A DNA stretch of 64,000 nucleotides from Cyanidioschyzon merolae. Lineage: Eukaryota. Shown here piece by piece: positions 10,303 through 23,646 of this stretch; the stretch's first letter is position 1, and every line of letters begins with the position of its first letter. The DNA is taken from assembly GCA_000091205.1 (NCBI GenBank), contig AP006485.2. The stretch is one strand, 5' to 3'. The translations under genes and the position numbers were made by a program. Below the pieces are notes generated by a model, which did not search any database, was not told where the DNA came from, and worked only from the letters and a program-made list of their open reading frames with translations.

Positions 10303-11613
10303 ACGTTTGGATCTCTTCGCACTGCCATCAATAATAGTCTTTGTGGGGTTTTTCTTGCGACTGCTTCTGCTCCCTCTTCCATACCCGACTTTGAACAAGA
10401 TGCTCAATGCTTTCCTGGGAGCTAACTTGTCAACAGGTGAAGGGTGTTTATGGCAGTGTGCAAATCCTGATTTTGCAGCTACAACCTGTTGTCGACGCAG
10501 TCAATACGTAAGTAAAAATTGCGATCGACGTAGCTGTTCCATTGTTGAGCTTGTTTGTACAAAGGCGCTGTGCGACCTTTCCATCAGTCATATCGTGTTA
10601 TGGTCAGGTGTGTCCCTCTATATCCACCTCATTTCCTCCGTGCGCCGCGCTGGGGCGTGGAAACGCTTGCTTCACGCCCCCGTACATGTCCATGACTGCT
10701 ACTGAAGGGTACGCTCCATGCACGCCTCCTTTTTTTTGCAGCGTCAACTGTACCCCACGATCACGGGGCTTGTGCGTGGCAATCCCCTCGGCAAGTACAC
10801 TATTCGATGCATACGAGAGTGCACGCAGTTCCGTTCGATAGCGGATTTGCGAAACGCAATGTTATTGACGATGGAACAATTACCAGAAACAAGATCCAAG
10901 CTGGAAAACGGGTCAAGAAATTTCGGTCTGTCTACGCTCCCTTCGTGCGAAACGGTGACGCACACCCTACTGGAATCGATCGCTCGGATGACTCCAGTTC
11001 TAGTACCGAATCCTTTCCCAAGCAAACAGAAGAGGCGGGAGCCCCGCAAGCAGCGCACCACATCATACGGTACCCTGCTGCTCTGGAATGCCGTCTCGCC
11101 GATGAGCGCGAAGAGACAAGAATTTGTCTTTCGAATGCAATGGACCATTCCAAGCGACAAGTGACGTGAGCAATGGTCATGAGTTTGTGAACGAGTCGTC
11201 CATGGACGACGTCAAGGTTCTGGTATCGCTGGATAATCTAGGGACACAAATCGCTTCGCCCCTAGGGTGCCGTGAGAGAGCAACACTGAAGCGTTGAAGA
11301 GTGCACGATTAACGCGTGCTTCACGTACGGAACTTTAAAGCGTGGGAGCTTGAACCAGTGACTCGGATCATTATATCGAATATTCTACGAATCTTTATTC
11401 GATTGCGTCGTGAATCCCCCCGATCCCTGTAACGTAACAATTTCCAGCGGTACAGCGTCAAAGGAGGCATTCCGCGAAAAAATGGCGACCGATCGACAGC
11501 AAACTACTCATGAATCTACACGCTCCTACCTGCTGCATTTCGCATGTCGAGACTGCGGAACTGCAAGTTCGGATAAATGGAAAAACAGGAACATAGAGAG
11601 CAGTAAAGCACTG
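10303..11613 (+). repeat. dispersed repeat family A, copy 1 (longest copy; true 3' end undetermined)
   Basis: Near-identical (>95% by eye) to 24964..25646 (same strand) and to the reverse complement of 38001..39242. Shared start acgtttggatctcttcgcactg. Embedded track ORFs (for example 10807..11169) recur in all copies only because the DNA is duplicated. Confidence 0.8.
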
Positions 11614-12900
11614 CACCCTAAACCGGTACAAATGGAGCGCCGCGAGCCCTGCCCAGACTCGGAGGCCAACAGGTCGTTCCGATTTGCAGTCAAACCGAAA
11701 CAAGAACCCGCGCCCTGCCACTCACCCCGAACAAGTGCTCTCAACAGCGACGCACAACAGACGCATTCTCAAAGCGTTTTCATTGGTTTTGTGCGACAGC
11801 ACCATTGCCGTGGAACCCTCTATTCGACACCCGCATGCGCCTCTGTATCTACGCATGCAAGCATGCATGGATTAGGGTCAAAGCAGTGACACATGTATGC
11901 ATCTATGTCACTATACGTCTAGGTATATCTAGACATATCCTATTCCTACTGGGGTTCGCAGGTCCGGTGACGATTCCGTCGCTGTAACGCTGCATGCGTA
12001 CATTCCTATGTTTTCCATCTCCCGTTCCACGAGCTGGAATTTGGATTCGTATCGCTCGTCGAGGTCGAATTCGAGCTGCTTGTACCAGCGACTCGCGAAC
12101 AGCGAAGTTCCATTCCATGAAGCAAACGAAACAGGTTCGGCGATAGCCAAGAAGGAATGCTCTCTCGATAAAACGAGTATCTGGTCTTACCCGCGCATAC
12201 CAGACGAGGCCCCTGGGAATAAAAGTGCATCAAGTGTGAAAACTGAGCGTTGTCGATCACCCAACCATTCCTTGTTCTGTGCAGCCTTGGTGGCACTAGA
12301 CTGGAATCTCTTCGCGATGCATGTGCCGCACTTGTCGCCACAGGAGGAGAGCAGACGGCAGCGGCATCGCCAGGCACGTGCAATTCTCGAAACATACGGC
12401 AGCAGTGCGTACAACTGGTACCGATACGACACCAGGAGCGAAAGCCGTAGATGAAGCACCGGATCACCACGACATGTGTAGGCTGTGCTCAGTGTTCCTG
12501 ATTCCGGGATAACGTTCTCGTCCTCGAAGGTCCATCTTGGTGGATATACCATTGCTTCTCTGCTGATTGACAGATTCTGTTGCTTCGCTCATCCTTGCAC
12601 CGGGACATATTTCGCAGTGAACGATACAGCAATCCTTCGCACCGGAGCCATCTTACGGTACGTAAGAGTGTAGAATGCGCTCCTGGAGCGCTTCTCGCAC
12701 GTCCGCTGTTCCCTAGCTACGTGAACCGCTTGCAGACTAGGCAACGTTTCCGGATGCCCGGCTCCGTCTGAGATGTTATCGATGAATCCAAAAACAGAGG
12801 CCAGGGCGGATTGTTTGGAGCGAGCCTGGGCGATCGCTCATGAAGATCTTCCAAGATCCAAGACTGCTCAAGCTAACTGCTTCGACGATGTTCATTCGAG

Positions 12901-13452
12901 TCACTGCACTGCGCTCTGAGGCTGTTTCGCACTCAGTGCTTCTTCTAAAGCAAGCACAGTTGCATCCAGTGGTTCCGTCAGCACCACCACAGGTTGTTCC
13001 AGCAGACTTACAAGCTGTTCGACATATTCACGCGAAGGACGTAGCAGCTCCAGTACCGAGCGTGTCACGACGGGTACAGCACCGATGCGTGCCCCGACCA
13101 GCAGTGCACCTGGAATCGCTTGCTCTGTGTACTTGGTGACTCGGAGCCAGACGTCAGCGTTCTCACCAAAGACGACTAAAGCTGGACCACCTCGAAATAG
13201 CGGCAAAAGCGGTCGCTGGTTAGCACGTTCGAGCGCGATGCGTACCCACTTGGGAACAGCATACCGCACGTCGACTGAGGAGCCAAGCGCCCCGGTACCG
13301 TGCAAGATGCGCAGCCTTTGCTTCGTGCGTCCCCAGGCACTGTTCTGTGTGAGTGCAATCACACTAAAGTAGGTTGACTGGCGGCAAATACTTTCCCAGC
13401 GCTCGATCCAGAGTAGCTTACGTAGTACGCGAACGCTTAACGCACCAGTCAT
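12901..13452 (-). CDS. ribosomal protein uL10-like (probably the mitochondrial L10 homolog)
   Basis: ATG at 13452 verified. RLRILHGTGALGSSVDVRYAVPKWVRIALE...LLPLFRGGPALVVFGENADV...AIPGALLVGARIGAVPVVTRSVLELLRPSREYVEQLVSLLEQP follows the Ribosomal_L10 profile (lR.klre.g.elkv.KNtl.r.Ale; L..ll.Gp.alvf...dp; lkgGvlegk.ls.eev..La.LPsreel.a.l). The N-terminal part of the domain looks short. Confidence 0.5.
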   Translation of the reverse strand: MTGALSVRVLRKLLWIERWESICRQSTYFSVIALTQNSAWGRTKQRLRILHGTGALGSSVDVRYAVPKWVRIALERANQRPLLPLFRGGPALVVFGENADVWLRVTKYTEQAIPGALLVGARIGAVPVVTRSVLELLRPSREYVEQLVSLLEQPVVVLTEPLDATVLALEEALSAKQPQSAVQ

Positions 13453-13817
13453 AGGCGTTCAAGCGTACCTGCGACATACCCGAGAAGCAACAGGCCTGAC
13501 AAGCGCTCCGCTGCAGTGCGTTTCTACGGGCGACGCAGGCGGCGCTGCACGTCGACGGTGGGGTGGCGGCGGTGCTGCAGCGACGGGGAGCACGACACAG
13601 GCCTTGTCTACGCTTGCTTGATGCTTTCAGAGGTTCACAGAACTGGATAGGTCCATAGTCGTGGTGTATATACGGGGCTTTGTTCTGTGGAGGTACCGAC
13701 GTTCCCTTTCTGTGAATCGGCGGGCGTGTATTCGATGTGATCGAATGTTAGACTACGAGTACGGTTGAATCCTCGGACAGAGCGATCGTCTGCGGTGGTT
13801 ATGGATGCGATTCTTTA

Positions 13818-15021
13818 GTCGTTCTGGAATGCGGACTCCTACCATATCCATGACCTACTCTTAAGGGGAGTATCCAATCAATCGACGCTACCCCGGCGGA
13901 TGAATGTTTTCACGACAGGAGTTTTCACGGGTTTCAGCATGATTCGCAGACTAAGCACGAAATCATATTTTAGGAGTTTCGCTCTGTACAAAACTGCTGG
14001 TCGCTCCGCAAGCACGAAACATCTCCCGATATTCATAGAGACTCCGATATTTCGGTGCAGAACGTGCTCGCACCTGTGGCTGCCAGTGGCATCATTCCAA
14101 AGCGTGCCTGTCATTGTCGATTGCCCCGTTATCTGAGGTTCAGTCAGCATCCGCTGTACCATGATGTGCTTCGGTCTCTGCTTTTCGCGCGTCTGCTTCG
14201 CTGTCCGCTTCACCGGGCACCCTGACTCGTGGAGCGCGTACGTCGACCCAGACGCATCGCTGGGAATCGTGCCGCATCCATGTGCATCCACAGTTGTACG
14301 CTCTCGTGGATGGAGCAGGAGTGCAGCCTTGGCATGCTATAGCGCATCGATTGCTCTGTGGTATCACGAAACGACACGATACGAACGATCGAAGGTTTCC
14401 TTCCCCGTCGCATGAAAAGCGTTGGTGAATGCACGCTTGTCGCCTGGGTAGCACTGGAACCGGTGGCGACCCAGCGCTGTCTCATTGACTCTTGCCGGAG
14501 ATCGTCCGTACGCGCCATTTTGGACGTCTCGGGATGCTCTAGGTGAAGCATCCGAAGCACTGGTGTCGGCGCGAGACTGTACGCAGAGCGTCGAGCTGCA
14601 GGATGGGTGGCTAGGGGCTATGGCGCCTCTGCTGCATCTCCTGGTATGCCGCATGGCGTTTATGACGCTCGACTCTCGATGACGGTGCGCTCTGGGAAAC
14701 TCGAGCCGCTTCATCTGCTTTCACCCAGGATGCAAGGCTCTGTCCTTTTGATCAATACCTATGGCGACGGGCACGACACGCCCACACAAGTAGGCATCCA
14801 AAGTCTTTCTCCAGTACTACCTCGAAGGGTGGAACGTGATTCTCGAGTTTCGAGGTAGGCATAGGTTTCAAAAAGGGCATGCACAGGGATATGAGGTCGC
14901 TTTCGATTTTCGATGTAAGCATCTTTCCATTTCCTCCATGTACTCGATAAATCTTACACAAACTCCGCCGACGCTCTTCTGCCGAGCTGCTCGAATGCTT
15001 CGTAGTTGATCGCAGAGACCA
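13818..15021 (+). repeat. dispersed repeat family B, copy A (~1.2 kb)
   Basis: About 98% identical over ~1204 bp to 58408..59612 in the same orientation. Begins ...tg(g/a)aatgcggactcctaccatatccatgacc and ends ...cgtagttgatcgcagagacca. Track ORFs 13878..14291, 14210..14560 and 14364..14714 are duplicated in copy B. Confidence 0.85.
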
Positions 15022-16488
15022 GGTGCTTCTTCGGCACCGACTTGTCTCGGCAAGGTGGCATGGCAGTGGTCGCTATACTTCATGTCCGTGACCTTCGTGG
15101 GATTTCGCACGTCGTGGATGAAGGCTACGACAACAACTCTCCTTTTCTACCTATGTCTAGACGGTTACTCAAGTACCTCTTCGTCACCTTCTCCGTCGCG
15201 AGCATGTCCACGGACTGAAGCTCGCCTTGCCGACCCCGCTTCGCACACGAACACTGAAACAGCACAGCAGTACAGGGCTGGTGAACCTCGAAACGACATG
15301 TCGCTGAATAGTGCCGTAGAGCCGAACGTCCCGTCTATGGATCCGTTCGCTCAAACGGGGCTATTGACAGCAACGCAAGGCGCTTCCTACGGGAAAGAAG
15401 CGGAGAGCACCCGCTTCCACCGCCAGCAGCTCAACGCCAGTCTCAGCTGCGTGCTCCTTCACCGCTTTCGAGTGAAGCAAAGTGACGTTTTCGAAAAACA
15501 GGACAAGAGAATGTACGGAGGCGAATCGAAGACGCATGCTTTCACGAAGAATGACTTGTTGAACGAGCCCATCTGTTTGGCGACCTGTGTGCGACCAAGC
15601 GACTGCATAGCCGGCACCGCTGCTACTATCGGGTGTTCGCTGGTCTCCTCTTGAAGAACTGCGGTTTGCGACTCTTTTTGAGAACCGGTGTCATACAGGT
15701 TTACCAATTTCTTCGACTCAATCCTTATCGAGTGAGCAGAAACTTCGCCCTTGAAATCTATGCACTCTCGTATCCGTCCGGAATCGATCACTCAAGTCGC
15801 TCTATGTGCAGTGCCCTCTCCCGGGGGAGCGCACGTTGCTTGTTGTCAGAGCCTGTCCCTTTATGAAAACTCTTTTCGACGACACAAATGCTCGACACCT
15901 TAATGATACATTGATCATACTCGTTAGACCAGGTGCGGGATCGGAATCGATTGACGTGGACAGAGCCGTCTACGTCGACTTTGTTCAGTTCTGTTTTGCG
16001 ACCGACCAACTTCATGATACGGTCGAGGGAAAGCATGGTTCATCCACCTGCTGCCAATAGAATGACGGACATGTGCGGGGTCGACCATTTATCGCAAGCG
16101 ATCCACACCAGCATCAAGGATTCCGCGCTTTTTTACCAATCCACAGCATTCATTTTTATCGATGAATACCTGCGAGAACAACAAATAGCAGTAAAAGAGC
16201 GTGCTCATCCAACTGTTCCAGAGTTCACTGCTCTAATGATCAAAGACTGACGTCGCGTCACTCGTACAAGCGAAACCGATGTCCTGAGTGGTTACGCAGC
16301 ACCCGTTCAAGCGAACTGGGCGCTCTCCACCATCCCGCCAACGCTTCCATCACGCCCGGGCATTCACACAGGTCTTCGAGAGGCGGAAACAAGGAACCCA
16401 GTGGCTTGCAAACCCTCTCCAGAGCAGCACACGAGTCCGCACAAGCAGTAAGGAGAATGGAGCTCTCCGTCCAGGAGCATACGCTCAT

Positions 16489-18675
16489 CTACGATGGCGT
16501 TCTGTCGCGAGTGGCGGTGTTCGCGCTGGTAGCAGCAGGCGGCACTAGCGGCACCCGATGCGCTTTCGACTTGTCTGCTGAACGCTCCTGCAGCTCATTC
16601 GTCGATAGGAGAGGTACTGGCGCCGGCAAACACGCACTGGATGTATCATTCGCTGCTCCGAGAACATCCACATAACGCTGACGTATGCTACGAGGTCTTG
16701 ACACCTGATTCCGAGTCGTCATCGACATTGTCGTCGTCCCTGGACACGATGCAGCAACTGGCGGCAATGCTCCAGGTAGCGTACGGGTACTTGACTCGGA
16801 GGCTACTGCACCCGACACTTGTTCCTTCGTTGCTGCTGCTGATGTTTCATTGCATCCAGCGGACTTGTGCGCCAGTTCCGCGTCGCTGGGCGGCGGCGCC
16901 AGCACAGCACCCCCTCCAGCGGCATCGACATCATCGGCAGCACATACCCAGCGACCTAGTTTGTCATCATAGTAGAATTTGTTCTCCAGACCCAGATTGG
17001 CCTGCTTACGGGCAAACAGGCCCCCGAGTATGCGCAGGGGTAGCAGACGCGACAAACCCTTCGCTTGTGGTGCCTCTGCTGATGCTGATGCGGCGGGTGG
17101 CTTCGTATCCGTAGCTGCTGGACAAGCAGCACGCTGTGGCACTTCATGGACTGCGACGCGTTCCTGGTGAGGATGCATTGCTGACGCAGGCAGCACCCTT
17201 GACTCGGTATCGGATCGTGACGATGCAGCAGCGGTATCCGTAATGTCTGGTGACGTAGAGGTAGCGCGCGCTGCAGGTGCATTTGCAAGCACTTGTGCGC
17301 GCTGCGAGGTACCAGAGTGTGTCGTGCTTGACCGATTTTCACTGAACGAGGCATTTTCGTTGCCGCCGTAACCAGCGTTCGACGAATGCTCCGCTGCTGG
17401 CGGTCTAGGAGCAGACAACGCTGGCGACGATGCCCATGACTGCGAGCAGGTCTCAGCGTCGGCTTCGACCGGTACCCGCTGCGTATCGCGTGCACTACTC
17501 GAGAACTGCATCTCTGCATCAGGCTCGCCGCAGTTGCTGTTGCTAGCACCGGCGGAATGATAAGACCCCGGATAGGGGCAGGGCTTCCAACGTTCTTGCT
17601 GTTGTTCTTGCTGCTGATCATCGTGCAACCCTGCCGATACGATGCTCAGCTGTTGGAAATCAGCACGTACAGCACGCTGCGGAGAAGCAACAACCTCGTC
17701 GACGCTGCTCGTGAGCCTCGCAGAGGCCGGTGTTGCATCCACGACAAGACGCTGCGTCGTTGCCTCTGCCGCCCTAGGCGAGCAGCGCAGATCCCCGTCA
17801 CCTGTGGCAATCGATCCGCGATGCCCCAGAGACAAGTCGCCATTCCATGTGTGGACTGCATCCAGCGCAGTTGGAGAGAGCTGCAGCGTGGATGCAGGTC
17901 CATGACTCGCAACGCCGCAGGCTGACGACGACGGCGACGACGACGACGACACTCTAACGCTTTGCTCCCTACAAGGTGAAAAGCTTGCAGCTGTCGCCTC
18001 TGCGGTGCTCTTCGCTCGACGCCACGATTGCATCCCAGGGGTTTGCGTCGCGGCTGCCTCGGGTGCAATGCAGTGCTTCCCTGGTATCGGGGTGCGCTCT
18101 TCAGCACTTTCGTTTCCAGCGATCACCGGTATCTGGTAGCGTTGCGCGAGCGCACAACGACCAACATCCTGCAACGCCTCCGCAAGCGACACATGCACCC
18201 AAGCAGTGAAGCGCGTCGAGCGTTCTCGATGCACTGCATCAGCACCAGAGGGGGCTTCTGGATCGAAGCGCTTCGACCAGAGCATCCGGTAAACCTCCCA
18301 GAAAATCAACCGGTACACCGGACAAGGCGCTGGCATCGATATGCGCGCAGCACCCGAGGCACAGGCCGCCAGTGAAGTTCCAGTTGCCTTTTGGTACAAG
18401 TCGCTGGTGCTGGCCTCGTTCAAGTGCTGGTGCAGTGTCGTTGACGTTGACGTTAAGGTTAATGATGAAAGTCTCGTTGCTGGTACCCCCGGTTCGATAC
18501 CCTTCAGAAGCAGGTCACAGAAAGCTGGTGACCAGGGCGACTCTGCGGCGATCATTCGACAGAGCATCTCACGATCTATATCCCAGTCGTGATCAGCAGC
18601 AGTCAGTGTTTCTGCGACGATAGAAAATGCCCTCGACAGTGCCGCTTGATGCCCAGACTCTACAACAGATCCCGA

Positions 18676-18717
<42 letters not shown>

Positions 18718-21700
18718 ACGCCAGGGCGAAAGGATCCAGAGGCAGTCCAAGAGCGCTTGCCAGGGCCATGCACCCCCGGATGGTGCAACCAGGCGCCTTG
18801 TTGCCGACCGAATGAGGTCTTCGTCGGCGATCATCACTGCCAGTAACAGGGCAAGCAAGGAATCGCGTGCGTAACCCGAAAGGAGCAGTTGTCGAATGGT
18901 CTGTACGCGCCAGTGCTGGGGCGCAGGTTCCTCTTCGTCGTCGTCGTCGTCGTCGTCGTCGTTGACGTCGTCGTCGGGAATGCTATGAAGGAGATGCCCG
19001 CTTGTCGCTGTCGAGCGTTCATCCGGTGGCCAGAGTCCGGCTTGCGCTTCGCTGACAAGTAGCGCCAGTGTCCAGTCATTGGCCTGTTGCGCAAGACGGA
19101 TCGCTGTGCGGTACTGACCGAACAGAAGCGCTCGTTCAATCTGTTTGACATGCGACTGGGACGCATCAACGCCCTCATCAGCACCAAGAACAACGACAGA
19201 TGCGGCAGCAGCGTCTACGCGATGCTCCTGCAACATATGGCATAGCGCTGGCGATAGCGGCAACATCGAATGCTTTCGCGATGCGCGATTCGCTCGACTT
19301 GATATCAGTGAGCGCTCACCCGATCCAGATGTAAAAGAAGCGACAGATTGACTATGCGACATTTCCGACACGTGCACGAGGTTGGGGAGCACCTGACAGA
19401 GGAGTCGGCAAAGCAACCGACTTGCCGAATCGTCGTTCTCGTGTCGTTCCCAGGTCGCTTCCAGGCGATCACCGAAACGCTCCAGCACTTGACTCAGCTC
19501 CAGAGGCTCATCCGTTTCCGGCAACCAGTGCACGAGTGCCGTCACGTCCACATCGATACCGTCGAGTTCGGACACCAGTGACCAAGTATGATAGACATGA
19601 ACATCCGTATTGAGCTGTTGCTCAGCTGGATCTGCGTGGTCGCTGCAGGAGCCCCGATCGCTATCGTTCGTCCATGGAGCTGTCCCTGGTATCGAGATCG
19701 GTATCGGTGTCGCTGAAAAGGCATCGTTGGCGCTGGGTAAGCTACAGAGTACGCGTGGCGCCGACAATGCGAAATAGCCCAAGGAGCTGAAGGCCGCGGT
19801 TGGGCACAGCGGTTTCCCAACTGGACTCCAGTTCGCCGCTTGAGAAGCCATCATGGCATTCGTTGCGAATGGCGATACCCCCGAGAACACGCTCGCACCA
19901 GCATCATTTGCAGCAGAAGCTGGTGGCGATGTTGACGTTCGCTGCAGAGACGATATCGCGGTCACCAACTTGTCGTCATTGTCGTCGTCGTGAGTGTGAA
20001 CGTGGTGCAGAGTCCGGGTTGCCTCCCGAGCGTCCCAGCGAGCACCATCGTTCACAGCAGAGTGTGCAGCAGCGTTCCCTGGAGATACTGAAGCTGGCGA
20101 CGCCTTCAACGATGCTACCGCGCTCGCCTGCGACCTGTGCTGCTCCCAGGAAGCTTGTGTCGACCGGCCAGCAAGTGCATCCTCCGTGTTCGCGTCGTCG
20201 ATGAGCCGCTCACGATCATCAGCACTATGAGCATCGGCACCTGGACGCATCACAGGCGCTGCTGCGAACTCGGAATGATGCTTGAGCGGGGGCCCTGCCC
20301 AGACACCCGTCTCGAATGCCGTATCTAGGCGCAGGCCTTGTGTGGAGGTGTCGGGTTGCTCAGCGAAGGCAACCATGGATGTTGTGAATGCTTCCTCACA
20401 AGTCTGCGCATCTGTGTTAGCAGCGGTGTCGCTTGGGGCAAGCGCTTGAAGCATTTGCTGTGGCTGCGCAGCGTCCGGCGCTGAAAAGAAAGCCGCGCCC
20501 TCCGTGATAGTGCCCCAGAGGGCCTGCCTGGTCCCCGGCGTTGCCGTTGCCGCAACATTCGTGGACGCCCAGGGAGCCTCGTGACCCCAGGGATGCTCGG
20601 CAGTCGACTCGCCGTCGTCGTCCGCAGTGCCGTCAACGTCGCTGTCGGCATTGGAGCGTTCACGGCGTTGTACCTGCTGCCTATGGTCCACGTGCACGGG
20701 GTCATCGGTCACCAACTCGGGTGAATACGTCTCCGCGAGGCGCAAACGATGCATTGCTTCAGCGCTGGCGTCATGTTCCGGAGTAGCGAGAGGCAGCTCG
20801 CGTCCATAGCCGGGACTATGTACGCTTGTCGAAGGAGAAGCTCGTGTCTTGTGCTGGGACGGCGTCCAGGAGCGACTCGAATCCTCACGCTGCGATGTCG
20901 GTTGCGGTGGCGTTTCTGCTTGCGGGCAAGTCGCGTGCATTTTCATTGCTGCAGCGCCTCCATCTGAACTCCATGAAAGCGGCAGCTGTGTTGCAGCATT
21001 AGAAGACGTATACAACGGATCATCGGTACTGCGTGGTGCATCAGTGCACGTTTCGGGTGATCTTGGAGAGCGACTCGCTCCGGAATGCTCGTCTGGTGAT
21101 GTGCTGGCGAATGACTGCTTTGCGACTGCTTCATCTGCTCCGGATCGACGATCCGGGGCCTTCGCCTGTGGCAAATATGAGACTTCGAACTGTAATTGGT
21201 GATGCTGAGACACAACGTCAGGGGTCGGGTCTGCAGGCTCGTTATCCGGGAGCGCACCTGAAAAGTCGATCGCACTCTGGTACAGTCGAGGTTGCGACAA
21301 GTTTGCGGGCGCTGTAGTTGCACGCGTTTCAGTATCACCACCAGCCGCAGACGTCCGCAGTGCGATAAACGTGTCCGCCACAGAAACGTTCGCATCCGTC
21401 AGCGACATTCGCGGTGCAACTTCCGTTTCCTGGACTGTCGGCAGCGGTGTCGCTATCGTCCAGGCGCGCAATTCTCCGTCTTTGGAATCGAAAGGATACC
21501 GTTGTTCTGGATCATCAGCATGTCTTTGGTGCGGAGAAGCGCCTCTCGAGCGCACGGGTTCCAGCGACGACAAAACCGGCAGGTGATCGCCTTGCTCACG
21601 CGAGTGGCCTACATGTGGAAGCTCGGAGCGTCGAGCCACAGTCGGATACCCGTGAAGTATCGTCTCAGCTGCCTCCGTTGACTGGTGCTCCCAGGGCGCC

Positions 21701-23448
21701 ATCTCTTCGTGATCAAACTCGTTTGCTCTGTATGCATCCGACGCCATTGTTTGCCGAGCCTCAGTCGCATCTTCCGCTAGCCAAGTGTCGTCGGCATTCT
21801 CCGAGTGCTGCGCAAGCTCTATCGCATCCCAACTGTCTATCGTTTGCATGGTAGCTTGCGCAACAGCAGCAGGATGCGCTCGATGGTGCGATGCTTGGAC
21901 CTGATCCCAGCCCCGATCCGCGTCATGAGGATGCAGCGTCACAGTAAGGGTGCTCTGCTGCTCTCGCGGATGCGGCAAGGAGTCTGAAGCGTCCAGCGGT
22001 GCTCGGTTACTCGCAACGGATTCGGCATCCAGTTCGTTGCGTGACAAAGTCCCGGAATATTCGTGCCCCCCTTGCCGAGGACTCGCTCGCGACTCACGAT
22101 CACGCATCGAATCCATACAGGGGCTCGTTTGTGCCGCTGACTGCACCTGTATAGTACTGCGATCACTTTGCACGCGAGGCAAATCCGGCGAATTCCAAGC
22201 ATCCTTATGTACAAGCGGCATGCTGTACGTACCCGTGCTTTTCTCTGCTGAGCTTCGAGATTCTTGTTCCGCTAGGGCTCGTTGCGGTGGAGACTTCATC
22301 GTCATCGAGGCTTGTGCGCATGCGGCATCGCATTCGTCTCCAATGGACAAGCCTGAATGATGCAAGGGTCCGCACGCGGTCTCGTGGGATGCCATGTGCC
22401 TCAACTGCGGTGATGAGGCACGCTTTTCGGGTCCCGTTAGGTAGCTTGATGAACGTGAGACATTCTGGATCTCGGATCGCGTGCGGCCTGGTTCAGCCTG
22501 GATCGACTCGCTTGCTTGTATTGTGTGAACCGGATTTTCAAGACTATCCGGAGCTCTCGGATACCTCGTCGGGTCTTGCAAGAGATCTCCGTCTCGAGGC
22601 GGATTCAAAACTCGTGTAGCAGGTGGATCCACCGGCCCGCCACTTGCTGCATCGTCCTCTCTGCGCTGCACGTTAGAGTCCTCGGGAGAACGCTCACCTC
22701 TTGTTCCCGATTCGCATTGCAGACGCTCCATGACCGTATGAATCCTTTCAACTACATGAGAGGATGGAGTTAGCGGTCTATCTGTATGCTGCTGCGCTCT
22801 CGCGAGTTGTCCAGCGGCCAGTGCGTTGCGCCCCATAGTTGTATTGTCTTCCGTCGCCGAAGTGGAAAGCGCTTCTACGTGAAAACCCTGCTCTATCCTT
22901 GTTGAAAGATTCTGCGACTCTTCACCAGACCATGATGGACTCATATACGGAGTAGAAGCTGATGCGGTACGGCTGTTAGCTTTGGAACGGAGCCTCCGTT
23001 CGTGCTCCTCTATGAGCCGCTGAGCCTCTGCACGCCTTTGGCGTATTCGCTCGAGAATGGCGGCTCCTCGAGCTGCCAGCGTCTCGCTCGACTCCACAGG
23101 CAAGCGCCCAACTTGGCTCTCTGTCAGCGTACTACTACTACTACTGGAAGCGAAACGCTCCAATGAGGCAGCTCGTCGAGCCGCTGCAATCTGCTCAGCA
23201 CGCCGCATAATAGCGACCGCGTGCGACTCGCGCTCTGTCCGCGCTTCTGGAGCTTCCCTGCCTGAGCTTCGGTGCCCCAGCTCCGAGTCAACGCCCATAG
23301 TTGCCGATGTCGCTACCGTCAGTACCGCTGATGCTCTTTCCTCAACAACAGGGCCACGATCAGTGGTTCTGTCCTGCGCAGGAGCAGGAGCACGCAGCCG
23401 CTGGGCCCCCAGACGAGAGCCTCGAGATTGCCGCGACGTCGTCGTCAT
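16489..23448 (-). CDS. giant (2319 aa) low-complexity protein with a Sec16-like central conserved (ACE1) domain; polyQ14 and polyD/E tracts
   Basis: ATG at 23448 verified. Central block ...VKQIERALLFGQYRTAIRLAQQANDWTLALLVSEAQAG... resembles the Sec16 CCD signature (human [29 protein letters not shown]; yeast ATGNHDDALRLALSKRDYAFALLLGS). The rest is S/A/P/T-rich disorder, as is usual for Sec16. Also contains a run of 14 Q, a DDDVNDDDDDDDDEEE tract, and a C-terminal ...NKFYYDDKLGRWV. Confidence 0.5.
18678..18716. repeat. (GCT)13 microsatellite encoding polyQ on the minus strand within the Sec16-like CDS
   Basis: Perfect gct x13 run; neighbouring (GTC)n at ~18936..18962 encodes polyD. Confidence 0.9.
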
Positions 23449-23646
23449 TCGTTTCTACAGTTGTGTTTCGAGCCCTCTCTGTTCACAACACCAAAATCAG
23501 TGGCCCTGGCACCGGAACACCGCGCAGTACCGAAGCGTTTCAGAATGTTATCGCCAAAGTCGTCGGTTCGCCTTGGCACGCGAATTCCCATGAACGCGCC
23601 GTCCAGCTTTTCAGCATAAACACACGTGACATGTTTGCGTCTCGAT

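Noticed and set aside
10807-11169. The 120-aa ORF MHTRVHAVPFDSGFAKRNV... that is conserved in all three repeat-A copies, as a possible element-encoded protein
   Set aside because: Conservation is at the DNA level (the whole repeat is >95% identical). Several overlapping frames are equally 'conserved', and the ORF is truncated differently in each copy. There is no homology to transposase, RT or integrase motifs.
18481-18510. GGTTCGATACCC-like sequence as a possible tRNA T-arm
   Set aside because: No complementary T-stem, acceptor stem or anticodon arm could be built around it. It lies inside the Sec16-like CDS.
16956-23100. Numerous 100-220-aa ORFs on both strands inside the Sec16-like gene (for example 16956..17621, 17646..18107, 23057..23593)
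   Set aside because: They overlap a long, well-supported CDS on the other strand or frame. They are Arg/Pro/Ser-rich with no motifs, which is the pattern for antisense ORFs in GC-rich low-complexity coding DNA.
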